A DNA stretch of 64,000 nt from Dehalococcoidales bacterium (GTDB taxonomy: Bacteria > Chloroflexota > Dehalococcoidia > Dehalococcoidales > RBG-16-60-22), in contig JBAZGT010000009.1 in the NCBI GenBank assembly GCA_041652735.1, positions 4,563 through 68,562 of the forward strand, in the 5' to 3' direction. The notes under the pieces are model-generated. The model saw nothing but the letters and a program-made list of their open reading frames with translations. It was not told the DNA's origin and searched no databases. Shown in pieces: positions 20,124 to 28,523 of this stretch. Position numbers and translations under genes: made by a program. Numbering within the stretch: the first letter of the stretch is position 1; every line of letters starts with the position of its first letter.

Positions 20124-20903
20124 CTAAGACCGCTTTCCTTTTCTTACCACGATAGCGATTACCACCCCGACCACCACCACGCCGGCCACTACGCCGATGA
20201 CGATGCCGGTGGGGAATGAAGAGTCTTTTTCCGCCTGGCTATCAGTTCCCGGCTGGCTGGTTCCCGGCTGACTATCGGTAGCCCCGGACGCGGAACCCGC
20301 CGTGATTACGGCATCGCTTATGACCAGCTCCGGCGCTTTTACGCTATTATAGCCATCCAGATCATAGACGCTGGCGGTGATATCGACTGACCCCGTGCTG
20401 TCTTTAAGATTGCTCGTAGCTATGCTTATATCGGCCTGTCCGTTAGCTATTACTTCAAAAGAATAACGGGCTATAACGCCGCTCCCTTTTACCCCGCTGA
20501 AAGAGGCGATGCCGATGATATCCACATAACCTATATCATTGTATATACCGGACTCGATTGACGGCAGGTCCGGCATGCTGGGCCCGGTTATCATGCTGTC
20601 CGGGGGGAAAAGAGCGTCCGCCGGCATTTCCACGGCTTTACACTTTAGTATTTTAGAGCTGAAACTCAGGGCGAACTGTACGCCGGAGCAGTCATAGTCG
20701 CTGGGAAGCTGCAAATAGACATCGACATCGAATTTGTCTCCCTTGGAAACCTGTAAATCGGATTGAATGCCCGCGGCTGCTGTGTCCGTATCAACACTTA
20801 ATTGAAATCCTGTTTCCGCCATTACCGGCTGGGAGAGCAGTCCCAAGCCCAGCAGGATTACACCCATAAGGCTGATTACTTTTATCTTTATTTTTCCTGG
20901 CAT
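20124..20903 (-). CDS. membrane-anchored cohesin-like protein (signal peptide, one cohesin-like module, S/T/Q/P linker, C-terminal TM anchor)
   Basis: SP LLGLGLLSQPVMA. Module: KGDKFDVDVYLQLPSDYDCSGVQFALSFSSKILKCKAVEM...GVIARYSFEVIANGQADISI. Linker: GSASGATDSQPGTSQPGTDSQ. TM: GIVIGVVAGVVVVGVVIAIVV followed by RKGKRS. Confidence 0.65.
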   Translation of the reverse strand: MPGKIKIKVISLMGVILLGLGLLSQPVMAETGFQLSVDTDTAAAGIQSDLQVSKGDKFDVDVYLQLPSDYDCSGVQFALSFSSKILKCKAVEMPADALFPPDSMITGPSMPDLPSIESGIYNDIGYVDIIGIASFSGVKGSGVIARYSFEVIANGQADISIATSNLKDSTGSVDITASVYDLDGYNSVKAPELVISDAVITAGSASGATDSQPGTSQPGTDSQAEKDSSFPTGIVIGVVAGVVVVGVVIAIVVRKGKRS

Positions 20904-20945
20904 TTCTTTTTTCCTTTCTAACTTTTTTCCCCTGTTTGCTTACCG

Positions 20946-21548
20946 CTATCTCGCCTTTTTCCTGCAGGCCAGCAATAAATACATCACGATTCCCGCTCCG
21001 AATATCGACACCAGAATCAGCATCAGCGTAGACCAGGGAAATGCTTTTATTGCTGCCGCGAGCGCCGGCGGAGCCGCCACCGTATAGTAGACCTTGGTGG
21101 TGGCATCCAGGTCAAAAAACGCCCCCTGTACTCCGGTGACCCGGTGAGCGCTGATATATGCCAGATAAGTGCCCGGCTCGGTATCGGGCGGTAATTCCAG
21201 CGTCAGCTGTATGGATTGTTCTCCGCTGGGTTTCAGCAGGAACGGTTCTTGCGGATTAATGCGTAAATAATCGCCTGATTTGTATTTAGCGGCGTTTGTT
21301 TCCGATATTTCAGCGATGAAATAGCCGTCTACCTTTCCGGGATTCAGGACGATAATATTGGGTAACCTGTATATTTTGCCGCTTTCGAGCGGCTCATCGA
21401 CACGCACTATGCCGGGCACGATGCCTACGCCCATTTCAGTCCCGCCCCTGGCCGGGAACGGGCTCATCTGTATACTTATAATCACCAGTAAAATGGCCGC
21501 GGCCGCCTGGATAAATTTGCCCGCTATGTTCTTCTTATGGGTTTTCAT
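20946..21548 (-). CDS. secreted single-domain protein with C-terminal TM anchor
   Basis: 200 aa. Signal/anchor AAAAILLVIISIQ, an Ig-like body ending in the PPDTEPGTYLAYISAH motif, then TM LMLILVSIFGAGIVMYLLL plus CRKKAR. Confidence 0.6.
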   Translation of the reverse strand: MKTHKKNIAGKFIQAAAAILLVIISIQMSPFPARGGTEMGVGIVPGIVRVDEPLESGKIYRLPNIIVLNPGKVDGYFIAEISETNAAKYKSGDYLRINPQEPFLLKPSGEQSIQLTLELPPDTEPGTYLAYISAHRVTGVQGAFFDLDATTKVYYTVAAPPALAAAIKAFPWSTLMLILVSIFGAGIVMYLLLACRKKAR

Positions 21549-23262
21549 GGGTGGTCGCCTGCAAAGAAATACGTATATTGTGTGGATTGGGGTCTACCGA
21601 GTAGGTAGGCATGAAGATTTTTAGGTCGAAGGTTGCGGTCTGGTCCGGCTTCAGGGCCTGAATCAGCGGCTGATAATCACGCTTCAGGTTAATCCACGTG
21701 GTATTACTGTTCAGGCGCACCTGGTGAGAATACTGTTCATCGCCCGGCGTATCGGCGAGGTACCAGGTGATGCCGTTGTCCCTGGTAGCGTCGGAGCTTT
21801 TTATATCGATATCGATGGTAACTTCGCCGGTATTCTTGACCGTTTGCGTGTCCCACATATCCACGGTACTGCGGGAACCGCCGAATTCTATCGTGCCGTA
21901 TTCTATTAACCCGTCATCGACGGAAAAACTGATGATAACGGCGGCGGCGACGGTGCAATTGATATTCACTTCAGCGGCCATATACGGGTCGCTGACGGAG
22001 CCGGTGTTATTATTTTCCAGGGCTTCCGTAACGGCATCTTCATAATCTACGTAGATTTCCACGATATCTGAATCGCCGGAAACCGTAAATACATAATTCT
22101 GGAAGTTGCCTTCCAGTTCAGCGCCGATACCGAGACTACTGACCGTCTCGGTAATCTGCGGAGAGCTCGAACCGTCCACAAAAGCGCCCACTTTAAAGGC
22201 AGGCGCTTCAAGACTGCCCTGGTTCTTGACCGTGTAATTTATCCGGTAGGCCAGCTGGCCTTCATCCAGTTCCTTGGCTTCAAAATCGGTCAAAACCAGG
22301 TCGGCCATCTGGGGCCATATATAGACGGCCGTGTTATTGTTTTCCGATGACTCTTCCACGATGCCCGTGCCGTCACACTTCAAGGTTATCGCGTCCACGG
22401 TATCTGATAGCGTCACCTCCAGGCCGTTGAAATTCCCCTGGTAGGAATCGCCGGCTGCCAGCACAGGTACCGTCTCGGTGGCCAGCGCCTGGGTCTGGTT
22501 ATCGATAAATAATTGGGCCTGTGATGCCGCCGCATCGGCATCGCCCTGGTTGGTGATGGTGTAATCAATTGAGTACAGACCCGTTTCCTGGTCCAGCCAG
22601 GCAGCCGCCAGGTGGGTAATGGCCAGGTCCGGCATCGGCTCGCCGGTGCCTACCGTCACGGTCCCGTTTTGAATGGTCATTTGCGATTCCGGGGGCAGGG
22701 GCGGCGGCGGCGACTGCAATAGCGCATCGGAACCATCCTGATTGGATATGCTGCTGCCGACGATATTGATATCCGTGGTACCGTTGGTGATGGCTTTGAA
22801 CGTATAACGCGCCATCACACCGCTGCCGTGAGCGGTAGTGGTAAAGGAACTGGGGCCGGTATTATTCGTCTGGCCGGGTGTGCTTACGTCAAAAGCTACA
22901 AAAACCTGGAATGAGGGGGCGGGATAAAGGTAGAAGCTATCGCTCCCCACGTTCACGGCCTGGCATTGGATTATGCTTGGGTCCCAGGTTAGCTGGGCGC
23001 AGGCGCCGCATGACTCATAGCCGCCGGCCAGTTTTATCCAGAGGTCCACATTAAAAGTGGTCCCGGCGGTGATAATAGTACTGGATTGGATATCGCCATC
23101 GCCGGAGGCGACGCAATCGATACTGATACTGGGAGCCGGAGGGGCGGCATCGGCCAAAACAGGCTCCGCTTTACGGCTGACGCCCAGTCCCAGGCTTAAA
23201 ACCGTTACCAGTATCAGGCCTATTTGAAAAACAAGTCTTATTTGCGTCCTGGTCAATAACAT
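21535..23262 (-). CDS. secreted cohesin-like / 2x CARDB-like / C-terminal beta-domain protein
   Basis: SP. Cohesin-like module (TAGTTFNVDLWIKLAGGYESCGACAQLTWDPSIIQCQAVNVG...GVMARYTFKAITNGTTDINI). Two CARDB-like repeats (PDLAITHL...ITNQGDADA...ESSENNNTA and ADLVLTDF...VKNQGSLEA...ALENNNTG). An unclassified 150-aa C-terminal domain. No TM anchor. Confidence 0.7.
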   Translation of the reverse strand: MLLTRTQIRLVFQIGLILVTVLSLGLGVSRKAEPVLADAAPPAPSISIDCVASGDGDIQSSTIITAGTTFNVDLWIKLAGGYESCGACAQLTWDPSIIQCQAVNVGSDSFYLYPAPSFQVFVAFDVSTPGQTNNTGPSSFTTTAHGSGVMARYTFKAITNGTTDINIVGSSISNQDGSDALLQSPPPPLPPESQMTIQNGTVTVGTGEPMPDLAITHLAAAWLDQETGLYSIDYTITNQGDADAAASQAQLFIDNQTQALATETVPVLAAGDSYQGNFNGLEVTLSDTVDAITLKCDGTGIVEESSENNNTAVYIWPQMADLVLTDFEAKELDEGQLAYRINYTVKNQGSLEAPAFKVGAFVDGSSSPQITETVSSLGIGAELEGNFQNYVFTVSGDSDIVEIYVDYEDAVTEALENNNTGSVSDPYMAAEVNINCTVAAAVIISFSVDDGLIEYGTIEFGGSRSTVDMWDTQTVKNTGEVTIDIDIKSSDATRDNGITWYLADTPGDEQYSHQVRLNSNTTWINLKRDYQPLIQALKPDQTATFDLKIFMPTYSVDPNPHNIRISLQATTHENP

Positions 23263-23278
23263 ACTCTACTCCGATTGT

Positions 23279-24343
23279 TTATCTTCCCCGCCTACGGGAA
23301 ACGATTATAAATATTGTCATGCCCACGGTTACTACGGAGGCGAAGACCGCTATCATGGTATACCACGGGAAAGCCAAGACCTTTTCCTGTTCCATGTCGC
23401 CCAGCACTGCGGTGTTGCCGTAATCACGGAGCAGCCTTTCCTGCTCATCCGGCGGCAGGGTTGGCGTTGCCTCTTCTTTTAAAGGCTCCAGCACTTCAAA
23501 TTCAGCTTCCCGGCTGTCTATAAGCTCATCTACCGTATTTCCGCTAGCATCGGCGGCGGGATGGTATACGCTGGATTTCATCCTGTATTTCCCGGCCGGC
23601 AGTCCTTCCTGTAATGTCTGGGTAAAGCGGAAGGAGAACTCGGGAACGATTGAACTCGTGGTGAGTGAAGTATTGCTGGAGATTACCATTTCCCCGCTGG
23701 AATTACGTATCTCTAACGCGTTATAAGCTTTATAATGATGGTTTCCCGTGTTTTTTACGATTGTCTGAATCGGTATAGGCTCACCGGATGGCACGGTTTC
23801 CGCCATCAGGTCGGTTATCTCGCCTTGATGTGTGAGCCCGGCGTTTACCGGCGTTAAGATAACCGGGACCTTTATTCCCTGAGCGAAATCCATGCTTTCC
23901 ATGGAGCTTTCCGGGTAAGCCAGGACGTAAATAAGGGCATACAACGTGCCGTCTTCATTAAAATCATCCGGTATTTTTATGGTGAATTTGGCCTCTTGTT
24001 CCTCGCCGCCCTTCAGGGTGAAAGAGGCGTTTTCTATGTTGCTTATATAAGGAAGGGCGGTAAAGGGGGAAATATCGTGGATTTCGTCCAGTACTTCGTA
24101 GATGCCGTCCAGGTTTTGCCCGAAACCGGCTGATAAGATATTGACTATCAGCGCCGGGTCATTGGCCTTACTTGAAACGAATATCTCGTGGGTGTATGAC
24201 TGCCCGGCCTGGACATCGATATCACAGATGCCGTTGCGGACACGCAGCGACGGGCCATCCGCCTGGACCGGAATGACGCCCAGGAGCTGTAGCCCCAAGC
24301 CCAGTAATAATACGATAATTGGCGATATTATTTTCTTCATCAA
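23279..24343 (-). CDS. secreted two-module protein with C-terminal TM anchor
   Basis: 354 aa. SP LLLGLGLQLLGVIPVQA, two Ig-like modules, an acidic linker, then TM YTMIAVFASVVTVGMTIFIIV plus SRRRGR. It is the first gene after the Pho-type promoter. Confidence 0.65.
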   Translation of the reverse strand: MMKKIISPIIVLLLGLGLQLLGVIPVQADGPSLRVRNGICDIDVQAGQSYTHEIFVSSKANDPALIVNILSAGFGQNLDGIYEVLDEIHDISPFTALPYISNIENASFTLKGGEEQEAKFTIKIPDDFNEDGTLYALIYVLAYPESSMESMDFAQGIKVPVILTPVNAGLTHQGEITDLMAETVPSGEPIPIQTIVKNTGNHHYKAYNALEIRNSSGEMVISSNTSLTTSSIVPEFSFRFTQTLQEGLPAGKYRMKSSVYHPAADASGNTVDELIDSREAEFEVLEPLKEEATPTLPPDEQERLLRDYGNTAVLGDMEQEKVLAFPWYTMIAVFASVVTVGMTIFIIVSRRRGR

Positions 24344-24348
24344 TACTG

Positions 24349-24402
24349 ATTATACCGGTATGTTGTTAAGGTTCTATCAATACGCCGTTAAAACGTAGTT
24401 AA
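24349..24402 (-). promoter_or_regulatory. Pho-box-type promoter: four TTAACA-like hexamers at exact 11-bp phasing plus consensus -10
   Basis: The minus strand reads TTAACT-acgtt-TTAACG-gcgta-TTGATA-gaacc-TTAACA-acataccgg-TATAAT-cagtattg-ATG. Boxes lie at 24397, 24386, 24375 and 24364; the -10 is at 24349..24354. There is no SD, which implies a leaderless or near-leaderless mRNA. Confidence 0.6.
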
Positions 24403-24466
24403 GAGTTTTTAAAATATTTGTTAGGTATATAGTAAGGTGTCCCGGGGTGATACAGGATTTTCTCCC

Positions 24467-24505
24467 CAAAAAAGAAGGAGGGATGGACTGAAATAGTCCA
24501 CCCCC
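24467..24505 (-). terminator. rho-independent terminator after the 828-aa scaffold gene
   Basis: The minus strand reads GGGGTGGACT-atttc-AGTCCATCCC (one mismatch), followed by TCCTTCTTTTTTGG. Confidence 0.6.
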
Positions 24506-24532
24506 CCCCGCGTTATACGGAATTGCCGGTGT

Positions 24533-27019
24533 TTAGAAAACTACCCCGGCGTTGAAGGTTACGCATATGTAGTAAACGTTACCGTTGGTTAGCATGGCGT
24601 CAGCCCACTCCACTTCCTGGCTGAAAGTAATCTGGAAATTTTCGCCCAGATTGCCGTTTTGCCCGTCAGTGTCGCCTTCGCAAATCATCCCCGGCCCCGC
24701 CAGTATCACGGTGAAACTGCCGCACTTGATGATCATGGCATGGTTCAATTTTTCCGGGTTATCAGCGAAAGTGCTGCCGTTCCATTCGGTCATAAAGCCG
24801 TTGGAAATGGAATCTGCATCGCTGACATCTACCTGCCAGGGAACGTTGCTCTTGATGTTCAGTGTGCCGCTAGCCGTGTTGATGCCGATGGTAAGGTGCC
24901 AGGAATCGATATCACTCGGACTGGTAAGCTCGATATCGGCCATGACATTACCGTTGATATCCGTCGTGTCGGAATCGCTTTCATAGGATATCAGGTTGGT
25001 TTTGATGTTGTTGCCCTCATTGGACTCAACAACCAGGCCGGTGCTGTCCGCGGTGATGGTGATGATATCGTAAATACCCACCAGGTTGAAAGGCCCGACG
25101 GCGGTATAGGTCTTCTTCTGTCCGGCCGCCAGGCCGCCGGTTACCGTCACGTTTTTGGTCTGGGCGGGGTCGCCATTGCTCACGGAAACGATGAATTCCG
25201 GGGCGGCCAGGTCGCCGATGTTTTCCACCGTGAAATTAACCCGGTAAGAAACTCCATCGGATATCCAGGTCTCCGCCTTGTAGTTGACGACGATGTCAGG
25301 AAGACCGAACAGGTCGGTGGCGGTGTTGTTGTTTTCGTTCGACTCCGTGATATCCATGATGTAGTCGGCGATGACGGTTATTTCATCGGAGCCGTCGGAT
25401 AGGGTGAAGGGGCCCTTGGTGATATTGGCGCTCGCGCCGCCCACCAGGTTGTTGGGGAACTGGGCGAGAGTAATGAAAGCGCCGTCAATCAGGATACCGC
25501 ACTGGTTGGCTTCGTGCGCGGTAGCCGTGCCGCCGCCGATGTTCTTCACGGTGAAAGAGATGTTGTAGGTCCCGCTACCCTGGTCTACCCACGTTTCATT
25601 AAGGTTTTCGATGGTCAGGTCAGGCAGGGTGGAGGCGGTGATGTTTACGCTGTCGTTATAAACATTCAGGTCAGGTTCGGTAATGGGATTGCCCACATCA
25701 TCGGAGAGGCTGGGGGTGATGAGGCTGATGGCGGCAACGCCGGCGGCCTTCGCTTTGAACTCGTATCTCATGAAGACCTTATTGGTGGAGCTGTCGCCGG
25801 GCAGGTAAAGCAGACCGGTGATAGCTACCTGGCCGGTAGTGTTATTGATGCCGCCGTTGGCAATGGTCGGAAGCTCCGCCAGGGGGCCTACCACGAGGGA
25901 CGGAGGGACCGGATATTTGTAAGGAGCCCCGCTCCCCACGGTTACGGATTTGCATTCCAGTTTATTCTGGTCAAAAGAGAGCGCCGCCGCGGCGCCGGAA
26001 GAAACGAAGCCGCTGGGTACGGTCACCTCGACATCTACGTTGAAGGTAGAGTAAAGGTCGGCGTTGGTCGGGGCGTTGACCGTCATGGCATAAGCGGCGA
26101 AGATGCTGGTCATGGTGTTGTTGGTCTCGTTTTCTTCGGTGATGTCTTCATTACTATCCGCGAAGACGATGATAGTGTCCGTGCCGCCGGTCATGGTAAT
26201 GGGCCCGACGGTCTGTACGGGAGTGCTGGCGCCAGCCGCCAGGTTGCCCAGGGTTACGGAGCCGGCAGCCGGGGTGATGTCCGGGTCGCTGTCCGGGTAA
26301 ACGCCGGTTATCCAGCTGCTGGTGATATCGGCCGCGCCCTGGTTCTTGACGACGAACTTGACCTGGTAGGTGCCCGCATCCGGGTTTATCCATTCCGCGT
26401 ACTGCTGGGTGACGATCAGGTCCGGTCTAGGCTGGGCCACGGTGATGGAACCGCCCTGCACGTTCAGGCCGGATCCCTGGAGAATAGGAGATTCGCCACT
26501 AGGGTCCGACACGCTGGCGCCGACGATGTTGATGTTGGTGCTGCCCGCGCCGATGGCATGGAAGGTGTACCGGGCCATCACGCCGCTGCCCTGGGCGGTG
26601 GCGGAAGAGGAGCTGGGGCCGGTATTATTCGTTTGCCCCGGGGTGGTCAGGTTGAAGGCAACGGCTAAGGAGAATGGCGGAGACGGGAAAAGATAGGGGG
26701 CGGCGCTGCCTATAGTCGCTGCCGTGCACTCCAGCACAGCCGGGTCCCAGGTGAGCTGGGCGGCCGCGCCGGCGGACTCAAAGCCGCTTTCAAGTGATAC
26801 CCATGCGTCTACATCAAAAGACTCACCGATAGCTACCGTTCTGGTCTGCTGTATGTTTCCATCGCCTGAGACGGTGCAATCAATGCTCATGCTCGGCGCC
26901 GCTGGCGGTGCGTCAGCGTAGGCGGCGGCGGCGGGGAGCAAAAATGCAGTGAGAGTCACTATCCCGGCGGCAGCTAAACTGATAGCTTTTGCCCTTATTT
27001 TTTTAAGAGAGCTATTCAA
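24533..27019 (-). CDS. large secreted scaffold protein: cohesin-like / CARDB / cohesin-like / CARDB / CARDB / C-terminal beta-domain
   Basis: 828 aa. SP LTAFLLPAAAAYA. Cohesin-like 1 (IGESFDVDAWVSLESGFESAGAAAQLTWDPAVLECTAATIG...). Cohesin-like 2 (YSTFNVDVEVTVPSGFVSSGAAAALSFDQNKLECKSVTVG...). Three CARDB-like repeats, each starting PDL/PDI and ending E(E/S)NE(T/N/G)NN. The C-terminal domain has SWHL and PWQVDV motifs. No TM anchor. Confidence 0.75.
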   Translation of the reverse strand: MNSSLKKIRAKAISLAAAGIVTLTAFLLPAAAAYADAPPAAPSMSIDCTVSGDGNIQQTRTVAIGESFDVDAWVSLESGFESAGAAAQLTWDPAVLECTAATIGSAAPYLFPSPPFSLAVAFNLTTPGQTNNTGPSSSSATAQGSGVMARYTFHAIGAGSTNINIVGASVSDPSGESPILQGSGLNVQGGSITVAQPRPDLIVTQQYAEWINPDAGTYQVKFVVKNQGAADITSSWITGVYPDSDPDITPAAGSVTLGNLAAGASTPVQTVGPITMTGGTDTIIVFADSNEDITEENETNNTMTSIFAAYAMTVNAPTNADLYSTFNVDVEVTVPSGFVSSGAAAALSFDQNKLECKSVTVGSGAPYKYPVPPSLVVGPLAELPTIANGGINNTTGQVAITGLLYLPGDSSTNKVFMRYEFKAKAAGVAAISLITPSLSDDVGNPITEPDLNVYNDSVNITASTLPDLTIENLNETWVDQGSGTYNISFTVKNIGGGTATAHEANQCGILIDGAFITLAQFPNNLVGGASANITKGPFTLSDGSDEITVIADYIMDITESNENNNTATDLFGLPDIVVNYKAETWISDGVSYRVNFTVENIGDLAAPEFIVSVSNGDPAQTKNVTVTGGLAAGQKKTYTAVGPFNLVGIYDIITITADSTGLVVESNEGNNIKTNLISYESDSDTTDINGNVMADIELTSPSDIDSWHLTIGINTASGTLNIKSNVPWQVDVSDADSISNGFMTEWNGSTFADNPEKLNHAMIIKCGSFTVILAGPGMICEGDTDGQNGNLGENFQITFSQEVEWADAMLTNGNVYYICVTFNAGVVF

Positions 27020-27079
27020 TTTGTTCCCTCCATTATTTTTTCTTGTTCTGGTTGTCAGTTTGATAAGCCCAAATTATTT

Positions 27080-28264
27080 TTACTGGGGGGCGATCCACGA
27101 GCGCCCGAGTCTCTTGCCGACGACGACGACATCACCGATATCCACGGCGCCGTTGCCGTTAGCGTCCTTGTGATTGGTGGGATACCAGCCGGACTGCCCG
27201 AGCGCGCGTCCGACGACGACGACGTCACCGATGTCGCAAGCCCTGTTATTGTTCTGGTCCCAGTACAGGGTCTGGGTTACGGCGGTTATGGCATCGTTGG
27301 TGGGTAGTTTGACATACCCCTCGTCAACAACGATAGCCTGGCCCTCGGAGCTAAGTATCCAGTTGACGTAATCAAGGGCTTCAAGCTTGTAGGTGTTGCC
27401 GCCGGTCCTGTCAAAATCCGGGTGCCGGGTGTATAAGTAAAGGAGACGTGACAGCGGGTAGGTGCCGTTACCCACGGTGGTCTGGCTGCACTGTATGGGA
27501 GTGCCGCTGCTGTTCTGGACGGGAATAGTGGTAATTCCGGGAGTAGTGAGGAAACCGAGACCGCAGTAACCTATCTGCGATTCCTCGTGCGTGGGCGCCG
27601 GTGATTCTACCATGCCGGCGATGGCGCTCGCCATGGTGTCATTGCTTTCCAGCCTGTTAAGGCCGGTAGCATCCACCGCTAGCTCTTCTCCCGCTTCGGT
27701 GGCGGAGCCTATCAGGCTCAGGAATGAAGACCGGGTGCCGGAATCTGTAATCCTGGCGCGCGGGATGATGGGATATAGAGACCCGTGAGTACCGGTATAC
27801 CCTGAAAGGCTGTCCCAGTATACTATATCGTTGCCCTGGTAGATATTGTAAAGTTCCACCTTGGTAATGGAAGTGACGCTGCCGTGGATATAAGCGGAAA
27901 GTCCGTCGTTTACGATGACGGCGATTCCGTCCCAGGCTATCTTGGTTTCAAAGACCTTGTTGATATCGTAGCTTGATTCCAGTACTTTGGAACGCATGGC
28001 GATATCGCACTGGGCGGGTTCGGTGAAGAGGGCTACGGAGCCCTGGCCGGAACCGCCGCCCTGGTATTGCAGGTCGATGTTGGGGAAGTCGGACTCGAAT
28101 TGAATTTCGCTGCCGTTTACAATGGGATAAACGGTGGTGGAACCTTTTAGTAGTATACCGACCGGGGCGGCCAGCGCCGGGATAGAGGTTACGAGGATGA
28201 CACCGAGCATCAAGAGGACGCCCAACAGTGCCAATAAAGACTTCTTGCCTTTCAATTTAATCAA
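27080..28264 (-). CDS. PstS-family phosphate-binding protein with C-terminal dockerin-like module
   Basis: SP ending PALA-AP with no lipobox Cys. PstS blocks GSTTVYP, GGGSGQG, DIAMRS, GIAVIVN, DSGTRSSF, GTYPLSRLLYLY. A C-terminal duplicated Ca-loop segment. TTG start with a GGAGGAG SD. Confidence 0.8.
   Translation of the reverse strand: MIKLKGKKSLLALLGVLLMLGVILVTSIPALAAPVGILLKGSTTVYPIVNGSEIQFESDFPNIDLQYQGGGSGQGSVALFTEPAQCDIAMRSKVLESSYDINKVFETKIAWDGIAVIVNDGLSAYIHGSVTSITKVELYNIYQGNDIVYWDSLSGYTGTHGSLYPIIPRARITDSGTRSSFLSLIGSATEAGEELAVDATGLNRLESNDTMASAIAGMVESPAPTHEESQIGYCGLGFLTTPGITTIPVQNSSGTPIQCSQTTVGNGTYPLSRLLYLYTRHPDFDRTGGNTYKLEALDYVNWILSSEGQAIVVDEGYVKLPTNDAITAVTQTLYWDQNNNRACDIGDVVVVGRALGQSGWYPTNHKDANGNGAVDIGDVVVVGKRLGRSWIAPQ
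27083..27259 (-). other. dockerin-like module (two 21-22 aa Ca-loop/helix repeats)
   Basis: DQNNNRACDIGDVVVVGRALG - 10-aa linker - DANGNGAVDIGDVVVVGKRLG. Both follow D-x-N-x-N-x3-D-x-x-D plus a hydrophobic helix. Confidence 0.7.
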
Positions 28265-28429
28265 TTTTCTCCTCCATATTGTTTTATCGGATATTCTCTT
28301 TGCTGAAAAATAACATTAGCAACTCCGCTGAACTATCACCCCCTTTACATAATCACGCTCCAGTATTTTCTTCCCCTCTTGAGCATAAATAATTGTTGTT
28401 AGGGCATCATCTAGACGCCGTGAAAATTG

Positions 28430-28470
28430 TGTAAAGAATGGGTTAATTTTTAGTTAATATTCCGGGTTAA
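28430..28470 (-). promoter_or_regulatory. second set of four Pho-box-like hexamers upstream of the dockerin-PstS unit
   Basis: The minus strand reads TTAACC-N7-TTAACT-N5-TTAACC-N5-TTTACA. The -10 is unclear (TAGATG or GATGAT, 15-17 nt downstream). Confidence 0.45.
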
Positions 28471-28523
28471 TGAATACTTGAGTCTGGTTATTTGGCGTTG
28501 ACCAAAAGCGTGATATTCTAGAT

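Noticed and set aside
25514-26668. 384-aa plus-strand ORF inside the 828-aa scaffold gene. Similar long shadow ORFs occur at 24659..25402, 34493..35659, 39034..40071, 41738..42523, 42689..43408, 53141..54043, 54601..55419, 55259..56134, 4566..5363 and 14464..15201.
   Set aside because: Each lies fully opposite a gene with strong homology signatures. All are Gly/Arg/Ala/Asp-rich, have no recognisable domains, and often start at non-ATG codons. I treat them as GC-driven antisense ORFs.
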